The translations under genes and the position numbers were made by a program. The notes beneath the pieces are model-generated. The model saw nothing but the letters and a program-made list of their open reading frames with translations, made no database searches and was not told the DNA's origin. A DNA stretch of 48,590 bases, filler included, from Jimgerdemannia flammicorona (Eukaryota): the NCBI GenBank assembly GCA_003990765.1. It is 2 parts of 2 records of this genome, joined end to end, with 100 filler letters (N's around TTAATTAATTAA, not from the genome) between each part and the next. Parts side by side here need not be neighbours in the genome. Positions count along the whole stretch, not along the records: positions 1 to 24,250 come from RBNJ01001000.1; 1 more part is not named here. The stretch is one strand, 5' to 3'. Positions 12,138 to 21,800 of the stretch are shown piece after piece; position 1 is the stretch's first letter; each line of letters begins with the position of its first letter.

Positions 12138-14640
12138 ATAGCTATACTTGTTTGTAATTTCCTCCTTCTTGTGGTCTAGTTCAGTAATCTTGATACTGGT
12201 GAATACTCTTCTTCCTATAGATCTAAATCTCTTCCTTCCTCTCTCTGTTTTCTTAAACTTTTTGACTTCTATGATCTTTAGTTGAAGAACTGGAAAGATT
12301 AATATCTGTATCAGTCAATTCTTCTTCTTAATTGGAAATAAAATTATAGAGTTATGGTTTTTAGTAATAAGTAGTATTTCTCTGATATAATCTGAATCAA
12401 TGACTTCTCCTTCAATAGTAATCTCACTCTTGGCCAGGCTACTTCTTGTCTTGAGGATTCTGATATGATTTTTTGGAATAGTTATCTTCAGACTAATTGT
12501 AAGTAGAGTAGTTATCTGGGACTCAAATATGTTTTCTTCTTTATAGTAATATCTATTCTAGCTACATTCTCTGACTTATATACTGATAGAACTATATTAG
12601 AGTGGATTTTCTGAATCTTGACCTTGATTTCTTCTTCATCCTCACTATCTTCTAAAAGAACCAGTAATTTATCATTTTCTTCCTTCTTCTTCTCTTCTCT
12701 TGTCTATTTTTCAAGGGCCTTCTGTCTTCTTTCATAGTAGATCTTCTTATTGTATTTATACACTGATAGTAATTATTAATATACTTCATACAGTATATCT
12801 TGATTCTATACAGACTTCTTGTGATATATATCCTTCAATGATTCTCTTATACCAGTCTTCTTTACTAATCCATTCAACTTTCTTCTTCTTTTTTTGAGTA
12901 GTCACTATAGGCTTCTTCTTGCTCACTTTCTTCTTTCTCCATTTCAGAGAGTACTTCTTTGTTAACATTAATGGAAATCTGCATCTTCTGTCCTCAGTAG
13001 ATAATTTACATCTTCTGAGCATTCAGATTAATTATTGCTCTGGCTTTATGAAGTCATTGGTTGCTGATAAGGATATTATAGTTGATTGCATTAGTTACAA
13101 TAATATCTACTGAGATAGTTACTCCTTCAAACTTAATAGAGACATCTCAGATCTTTCTCAGAGGTATGGCTCTTATACTATCTACTGTGATAAATACCAA
13201 CTTGGTTGCTTCTTCAACCTCCCAACCTAGGCAGTCTGCTACTTTCTTGCTGAGAAGACATCCTCCTACTCTAGTATCAATGATGACCTTAAAGATTCTA
13301 TCTTCAAATTGACAGGTTGTATAGACAGAGGTCTTATAATTATCTTTACTTTCTTTTCCTAAGTCTTCTTGAACATTGTTAGCCTCAGTTATCTTCCAAC
13401 CTTACTTCTTAGTTATCTCAGTAAGTCTATATCATATTTACTATCTGAATGTGGAGATTTCCACAAGCTGACCAAAGGTTGCATTGATCTTTTATTAACT
13501 GAGGTTCTTGAAGATATCGTACTTGAAAGTTTTGGTCTTACAAAGCTTCTTCTTCTTTTCTCCTTTACTAGCTGGAGTAGTTCTTCAAATGATATCTTGG
13601 ATAGTCTGTTCTAACTCTATATCTTGATTCATTTCTTTAGCTTGGCTTTCTATAGCAGTCTCCATCTGTTTCTCTACTAGATTCTTCTTGGGTCTTTCTG
13701 GTGATCTCTTGTAGAGTTCCTTATAAAAATCTTTCTTAGTAGTCTATATAAGATAGACCTCTTATTATTCTTTATCTGATTCTTCAATCTCTTTGAAAGT
13801 GATAGTATTGACCATTTTCTTATTCCAAGTAGTATTGCTTAGCTGTACCTAGTACTTAATTTTACTCATATATTTATATAAGTATTAATCTTCTTCTCTA
13901 CAAATATAGCAGATATCTCTCTTTTTGTCTAAGGTGGTGATAAACTTCTGAACTAGATGGTAATCTTTTTCTCTGATTTCTTTTACTATATCTCCTAGGG
14001 TCACTATTTCTTTACTACTTAGTAGCTCTTAGTTGAGGTATATTTCAATTGATCACTATGTTAGAGATTATACTAATTGCCTTAAGTGCTTCAATTTTAA
14101 CTCCAGTGACTCTTTTTATTATATAGTCTTGTAGATATCCAACTATCTAGTATCACTAGATATAGATAACCTTCTGTACCAGATCCAGGACTATTGGTGA
14201 TAAGCAGATAGCTATGACTATCTTTGGGTAGACTCTCTTCATAAAGATTATCTTAACTACTTGATCTCTAATTATAGTATCATAATCTGCAAGAATTATC
14301 TAATATTGAATTCTGATGTAGAATATATTTAGATACCCACTCATTTCTTGATATATTGTATTGAGCTGATTCTTCAGAGCTTACTTAATCTTATCTATAT
14401 AGTAGGTGGCTCTAAGCCAGGCCTTCTATACTATCAGCACTGTATCATTATCATTTCCTATATGGATTATAGCTGTAAATACTGCTCTTGCTGAGTCTTG
14501 GAGACTGAAGAGCATAAGGACTACTTACTGCCTTGCTGTCAGAGTTCTTATAGTAGTATATTACTTGAAATTATCAATAAAAGTGATAATTGATTCATCT
14601 AAAGTATATCTGTGGAATACTGATGGTCTCATATCTATCT
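12138..14640 (-). pseudogene. gag-protease-dUTPase relic of element A
   Basis: KVIIDTRVGGCLL (protease) and RSSLAKSEITIEGEVIDSDY (dUTPase, ~12205-12625), collinear with B; many stops. Confidence 0.8.
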
Positions 14641-14752
14641 TATTTAAATATCTTAGTTTGATTTATATAGTTATTCAGATAGTAGCAGTTATTCATTATT
14701 TAGTTTAAAAGTAAGAAATTTGCTTTGAATTACCAGATAATGAGTACTAAGT

Positions 14753-15030
14753 TATAATATAGCAGATACATAACTGTGTAAGTATATTAAATTTCTATAT
14801 CTTGAAAACTTGATCTTCTTTAACTCTATAGAGTCCTTGGAATATAGGAGTGGGTGAGTTCAAAGTATATCTATCTACAGGCTTATTAGTTCTCTTACTT
14901 TCTCTTTACTTTGAACTATTTTGATCTGAGGTTTATTTATTCTAGATACTGGAGATATTTATATAAGTTTGCTAGCTACATATAAGGTGACTAAGTTATG
15001 ACTATATTTTCTGTAAGTTACTTTTTATAC
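14753..15030 (-). repeat. 5' LTR of element A, truncated
   Basis: Matches 124-390; followed on the minus strand by a degenerate copy of the B PBS region. Confidence 0.75.
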
Positions 15031-15300
15031 TTAGACTTCTACTTTATTATTCCATTCTATATTATATTAATACAAAGGTATGGATATATCCTTTACTCAA
15101 TCTCATATGAAACCTCCTCTCTCTTCCTCTTTCCACCTCTCCAGAGAGTTCTCAACTCCCTAGCAACCCCAACCCTCTCTCTACTCTTTCTGCAAATATA
15201 CTTCACAAGTCTCCTATAGATTCTCCCTTCAGATGTCTACCCCTACTACTAACTATTCAGAATATCTAGTAATAGTCACTCCTATCTTACAACTTATACC
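15030..15300 (-). mobile_element. Probable 3'-end fragment of a LINE
   Basis: Starts TTAGACTTCTACTTTATTA, similar to the LINE 3' ends at ~29920 and (inverted) ~36925; weak. Confidence 0.35.
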
Positions 15301-16096
15301 CTAAGTGCTAAATACTGACCATCCTCAAATATATAAAGTCAATATATGTGAAATGCATGACCTATATAATAAGATGGATGAAACATTCATAGATCTCATC
15401 TTCTTCAGCAATAATGAAGATGAAGCCCCTATAGTCCTGAACATTCTACTTTAAAGTTCTGGATGATACCAAATTCTGCCAGTATTCTTTTCTCATATAA
15501 TAGTTAATTCTTCCACTGGTATTCTGCTTCTGTATGACTCAGAATTCTTCCAGTATTCTTTTCCTATACTACTGAATTCTATCAGTATTCTGAACTTATA
15601 CAACTATCTATATCAATACTGGAATCTATACTAACAACTATAGTTTTCTATATTTCAGTATTTTATTTAGTTATTGGAATTTATATTTAGCTTATATCTT
15701 AGCAACCATTGAATTATATTTTATATAAATACCCCTCTTATTTCCTTGGAAATAAAGTCAGTCCTCTCAGTATAATTCATACAATTTCTTGCAAGCAATC
15801 TAAAGAGATAACAAGACAGTTTAAAGATAAGAAGTTTGAAAACTATAAGACCTTGGAAAGGTACTTTAATAAGAACTTGTTTATAACAAACTTGAGTTAG
15901 TTTAAGAGATATACCTTGAAGAGAATCTGATATATTTAAAGGACTCAGCAACTACTACATGATAACTTGGTGCCCATTGGCTGGTGATTCAAGATGAATC
16001 CCTCACTTTCAAGCTAAAAAACAAATAACTACTACAATAACTACTCTGACTACAAGAGTCACCTCTGCAAGAATTCAAAATAAGATGGAAATATAT
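15300..16096 (+). mobile_element. Element D: partial LTR, PBS and gag start of a B-family element, interrupted by element C
   Basis: DLIFFSNNEDEAPIVLNILL* matches the B LTR-ORF end; 15660-16096 is the reverse complement of B ~10515-10950; LTR ends at 15964. Confidence 0.85.
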
Positions 16097-16228
16097 TGTG
16101 ACGTACACAATTGACAATGGAGTACTGGTGACTGCTAAGATCAGACGACATAATGGTGTGACAATCAAATAGACAGCCTGACCTATTAGGTGATCATCCC
16201 AAAAGAAGACAAGATGATCTGAGCCAAA

Positions 16229-17289
16229 ATGAAGACCACGTTATTTAAGGAACCATACTCCGCCTCAGGAATCAGCACCAAAGAACCAAGTACCCACCAC
16301 ACAATACCTCCCATTTGCCAAACCAACCAGACCTCCCACCACTCTACCCCTTTGCCTGGCCCAAAGACCCTGATCTTTGAAGCTATCAAGAAGGCCATCT
16401 GGCGCCCGGATACTTCTGAACACTTGAACTTCTATACTGAGGACCTTGGATACTTCATCAACTACTGGTATATAATGACCCAACAGCTCAAAGATACTAC
16501 TGAACGAATGACCCTCTGGCATGACTATGAAATCGGACACCGCCTCCGCAATGAGACTCAAGAAGACGACCAGGAAGACCTCATTGCCGAAATGTTAACC
16601 ACCAGCCAGCTAATCAAGAGAGCCCTCCGTGTCCATCAAATCTTCCGCCATATCCCCTGGGCTATAGCACACTTGCAAGGAGTAACAGCTGGCAGCCTCT
16701 CCCGCCTTTCAACTGAAGATGCTGACTGGATAGAATCTGAAGTAGCCAATGCTATTGGCAGCAACTGCATCACCATAGGAAGCCAACAAACCGAACCTAC
16801 TCAGCCAGGTTTCCACACTACCCCACTCCGAGACAACCATCAAGGTCACCTAATGAGTCTTATGGAGATATTTGAAGGACCGCCCATCACTATAGAGACA
16901 CCTGTTGGAGCTACCCCAACCACCCACCACCTGTCAGCCACAATTCACACCTCATCATTTGGGAACCAAATCAAGAAGAAGCCCAAGAAGTTCCTGTCTT
17001 TGAAGAGGAGGCCCAAGAACTCCAAGACCCTGCCCCTGAAGAAACCCCCTCTGACATTAAAACTGACGAGCCTTCAGAAGAAGAAGAGGAGCAACAGAGA
17101 GTCTATCAGTCCTCTGTCCGCATTCAAGCTGTTCAAGGGTTGGAGAATGTTGTTGAAGATGACTGGCCACTTTTCTACCCCCTCACCTCTTGGCCGGCGC
17201 TTCCCCCCTTTGAGGAGAGATATGATGAAGAAGAAATCACAACCCAGCAAGATTTGCCTGCCACGGACAAAGGGTACTATTTCCTCTAG
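16229..17289 (+). pseudogene. LTR-encoded accessory protein of element C (frameshift near 16920-16945)
   Basis: N-terminal ~235 aa homologous to the B LTR ORF; the acidic tail NSHLIIWEPNQEE..KGYYFL* continues in another frame to TAG 17287-17289. Confidence 0.75.
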
Positions 17290-17319
17290 AGTACCGCCCA
17301 TCAGCTATGAGAACCCAGC

Positions 17320-17560
17320 TTTTGTCAGCAAGTCCGTTTCCAGCATTGCTACCCAGTACCACCATTTTCAGCATTTTGTCAGCAGATCCGAATTCAGCAT
17401 TGCCACCCTCCACAACTGTTTCTGGCAACAATCATTGTATCATGTCAGCTCATCCGAATTCAGTGTTGCTACCCAGCACAACTATTTTCAGCATTGCTAT
17501 CCAGTGTCGCCATTTTCAGCGTTTTGTCAGCAAGTCCGAATCTAGCGTTGCTATCCCCTA
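17320..17560 (+). repeat. Tandem ~55-65 bp repeats in LTR C
   Basis: Repeated TTTTGTCAGCA(A)GTCCGAATTCAGCATTGCTACCC units. Confidence 0.8.
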
Positions 17561-17859
17561 CAACCCAATCTGTAGTAAACAATAGCCTGTATCTTGCATC
17601 GTGCAAACCAATAGCATAAGTTCGCCACAATGTAGTATACCTTAGCCTTAGTCATACCCCCTCTCCCATAGCTAGCAAACTTGTATAAATAACCCATATT
17701 CTTAGAGTGAATAAACCTCAGTCAACTGGTTTTGAGAAATAACCACTGCCTCCAAGAGACCGGATAAATTCTGAGAACAAGATAACTAGAGCAACGATCG
17801 CTCAAGGTTTGAGTTAAAGAATTTTCTCTTGCCATGGAAAGAAAGAAAACATTACAAGA

Positions 17860-18115
17860 ACCGCCGCCATTCAAGACCCAAGACCCAGCCAAGGATTCAA
17901 GGCTATGACCACTGCCATTCGACCGCCGCCATTCGAGACCTGAGACCCAGCCAAGGATCAAAGAACCCAAGGAATCCAAGTTACCCAGCCAAGGATTCAA
18001 GACACAACCGCCATGCATTCAGACTGCCATTCGGACCTCCATGCATTCGACTGCCATTCGAGATTCAAGACCCGGAAGACCCAGAAACCCAAGGATACCC
18101 AGCCAAACAAGACCA
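17860..18115 (+). repeat. Second degenerate tandem array in LTR C
   Basis: Repeated ACCGCCATTC(A/G)AGACCC and CCCAGCCAAGGATTCAAG modules. Confidence 0.7.
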
Positions 18116-18572
18116 TAGCCTAAGACCCTCCAAGATACTCGAATGACCGCCAAAGACCCAAGTTATCCTGCCCTTTCAAGCTAAACAAGATGGACGAGTG
18201 AACCGTCAACCTCCATTTTTCCCGACCTACTGTGCCACGAACCACTTAAAGTCAAGACTGTCGCCCACTTTAATTGACCGCATAAAGAGCAAGACCATCA
18301 AGACCGTCGCCACCAAGTTATTCACCACCTTTTTCTACTGGATATTGAGCCATTGAACAATCAAACAACCTCATCTACTAAACAATTGAGCTATCATCGA
18401 ACGAACTCCTGCTATCAAATATCACACGAATCGAACAAGCCGATCACGTGACCATCGACCTGTAACTGCCGCGAACGTCATCAATGCATTCAGTTATCCA
18501 TCACGTGCTTCACCAGTGGCACACATTGAGCCGTGCAGTCGAAGTTCATTATACATAATCAATGCCACATTT

Positions 18573-18590
18573 TGGGGGCTCAACTGGGAA
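18573..18590 (+). promoter_or_regulatory. tRNA-Pro-like primer binding site of element C
   Basis: TGGGGGCTCAACTGGGAA, 3 nt after the LTR end, resembles the classical Pro PBS TGGGGGCTCGTCCGGGAT. Confidence 0.75.
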
Positions 18591-18803
18591 AGTTTTCAAA
18601 AGACTTGACCATTTTGCTCAAGAACCCAGCTATCTACAGTAGAGAACTTAGCAGGACCAAGTCAGCAACCAAACCAGGGGCAGCAACAGCCCTCCTCAGC
18701 AGAAAAGAAAGCCCACACCCTTGTCAGGACAGTAGCCAGGACCCTATTAAATACCAGTAGCCAGAAAACCAAATCAGAAGAAAGAAGTGACCCAGATTAC
18801 GGT

Positions 18804-21800
18804 TTGACTTCAAGAGAAAGGAGACGACTCAGAGGACAACCAGAACCACCCCTTCAGATCCAAGACTTAGGCCAAGAAGAAGAAGAGGATATCCCCAAGG
18901 AGTATCAGACCTTTATCCATAGGAAGAACTCAGACAGAAGCAACTACATAACTACTGTTGTCACTCGAGTCACTCCACTAGACCGAGTATACTTTGAAAC
19001 ATCAGAAGGAGAAGAGGACTATCATCCATATCAACCAGAACAAGACGACGATTGGGGATCAGACCATCAAAGGAATGAATTCAACCTATACTATTATCCA
19101 GACAGTGACACTGACCCACAGCAGCAACCAGATGAACCAGACCTCACTACTTCACAACAGCAAGGGGCAGACGAACTCACTATCAGTTATATCAGTCCAC
19201 TCCCACCATTAGTTGCCCGAACTTCAGTACCCTAGTCACTCACACCTCGCCACTATCACCAGTCAATCAGAAGATCTCCACCACTACTCAGAACTTCAAC
19301 CCCAGCATTAATTAGAAGAGCCAGATTACCCTCACCCTTACCAAGACACCACCCTCTGCCAGCACCACTAGTTCATCAAGTACTAGCACCACCACCTTTC
19401 CTATCACCCTGAGGATCCGTCAGATCCCCTACCCCTGAACAATACTCAGATAGTGAAGATGAGCCAGACATGAGCTACCTTCAGAAGTTCCATGGTGCAG
19501 ACAATGAAGACATCGAGGAATTCTTTGGAGAAATTGAAGTTCAAGCAGCCGCCAAACAATGGGATGCTGCAAGAAAACTCAGAATTGTGGAGTCACTCCT
19601 GAGAGGACCAGCCCTACAGAGGTATAATCAAGCCAAGCAAGCCAGAGGAGGAATCCATACAGAGGAACTGAATGATGGCCTTCAACCTGATAGGAACCAT
19701 GTAGCAAGGTACATGATTCATAAAGCCTGGCTCCGTGCCCAGTTCAATGGATTCGAGTGCCAACAAGAAGCACAGGAGGCTTTGACCTATATGAGCCAAG
19801 CCGCCAATGAAACCCCTAAGAGTTTCTATCATCAGATTCAAGCTCAAATAATCAAGGTGAACCTTCAACCAGCAGTCCAACTGGCCCTAGCCTCAACTAC
19901 CTTCCTCAATGGCTTATACCTAGAACTCCAAAGGCAAGTTATCAGGATGGGATATCGAAACATTGAACAGCAAGTTGCTGGAGCACAAGGATGTTGGGAA
20001 GCAGATTATAGACCAGTACAACAAGTATAAGGCTATCCTGAGCCAATCCGAGCTGAAACCCTAAGGACCAGAGGAACAACTATGGAGCAAGAGAATGCCT
20101 TCCTCAGAGCCCAGATAGCCAACTATGAGAACAGACCAGCACCCACAAATCCGACTCCATTCAGACAACCACAGCAGCAGCCACCATCAAGAGTTCAAGA
20201 AGACCCTATGACAACACTCACCAAGCAAATGAAGGACCTGGCCATTGCGGTTGCTCAGCTGAACAACCAAGGTAGAAGACAATAAGACTACCATCATGAT
20301 AACAGACCAGACTACTGGCACCAAGACAACAGAGGTCCTGCCCCCACACCACCAGCTGCAACTATAGCCTCATCAGCAACTAGTTCCTATAGTCCCACCT
20401 GCTTCAGCTGTGGAAATCAAGGCCACATCCAGAGGAATTGTCCAAGGAACCAATCCACCCAGTCCAATGACAGAAATGTCAACCTCTTTCAGGTAGATGA
20501 AGAGACTCAGGAAATGGAAGAAGAAGCAGCCTGGCTCCATGGTCAAGAAGATGACATCTACCCATACTTCGAGGCTTTTCCATCCAAGGTGACATGGGAA
20601 GCTGCCCCAGCAGAGACCAGAGGACGAGGAAGACCACGAAGGAACCCCCCACCTCAACTGCCAGTAATGGTATCCACCGGCAAGCATCCACGACATGGCC
20701 ATTCTTCTTCAGACACTCCACAAGAACAGGAGAAGCGAGCTAGAAGAGATACTCCTGAACCAGAAGCCGGACCATCTAGGACAACCCCCAGCTCTACTCT
20801 GCCAGACTATGAAGAAGATGAGCGTATGAGCATAGAATCTTCAGCTGATGAAATGCCCATCAGGAATGAGAGACTACACCCCAAGGGACCAAGACACCGA
20901 AGAAGCAGCAAGCCCCATGCAGCAGCCTCACTTTGGGAACATATCCGCCTACAGAATGCTGGTCTTACAGTTGAGCAAGTCCTCAAGAATGCACCAGAGG
21001 TCAGGCGAAAATTCCTGAAAGAAGCCAAGGAAGATACCAAGAGACTTCCAGTCCAAGGACCATACACTCAAGAACCTAGCACTATCCATACAGTCCATGA
21101 GAGCCAGCAACATGAACATCAATCTACAAGACTCGCCGATGGAAAAGTGTATGGTGAAAATGCCAGAATTCTTATCGATACTGGAGCAGCAGTATGCATC
21201 ATCACCCAAAGGATGTTGGAGCGAATTGGATGGGGAATAGATAAAGGAACCAAAGCAAGAGTTATCATGGCCAATGGATCAGCTTCCACACCCCTTGGAC
21301 TTGTCAGAGGCATCCCCATTCAAGTTGGAAAGGCCTGCCTCAATGTACCCAAAGCCATCATGACCCCCGCAACCTCCTATGACCTGATCCTGGGGACTGA
21401 CTGGTTAAGCCAAGTTGGAGCCAATGTAGATATCAAGAAATAACTCCTGGTCTTCTCCATTCATGGACAGAAGCACAAGGTGCCCATTGACTCGAAAGGA
21501 TCATCAAAAAAGACAAATCAAGCCTCAGAAACAGAATGGCAAGGACATGGTGACACCCCTACCACTACTGAGAATGAAAGCGAGGCCAATTTCCTACAAG
21601 AACTAGGAAGTGATTTCGATGCCCCAAGGGACCAAGAAAGTGAACAAGAAGACTCTTTCATTGGAGTTATTGGTGTTGAAGGCCTGGAAGAAACCATTGA
21701 TAGAGCCATTAATGCAAGGACAGCACTTGAGTTTGCAGGACCTTCTGCTCAACCACCACCACCACTGGTAGAAAATCAGATCATGCGAGCCTTTCATCAA

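Larger units (their letters stand above)
124..15030 (-). mobile_element. Gypsy-type LTR retrotransposon A, heavily decayed, split by nested element B
   Basis: LTR-like direct repeat 124-~390 vs 14753-~15030. Relic gag/PR/dUTPase at 12138-14640 and RT/RH/IN at ~1080-3455 are collinear with B. Removing B rejoins the reading (..KITELDHKKEEITNKYSY|IIRNEFLLKKELKKILYE..). Outer LTR limits are approximate. Confidence 0.85.
16097..18569 (+). repeat. Inferred 5' LTR of element C (~2.47 kb)
   Basis: TGTGAC..GCCACA termini, TATAAATA at 17684-17691, AATAAA at 17710-17715, PBS directly after. The second LTR is not in the window, so the limits are inferred. Confidence 0.75.

Noticed and set aside
17320..18115. 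CRISPR-like repeat arrays
   Set aside because: Degenerate tandem units inside a eukaryotic LTR, no unique spacers, no cas genes.
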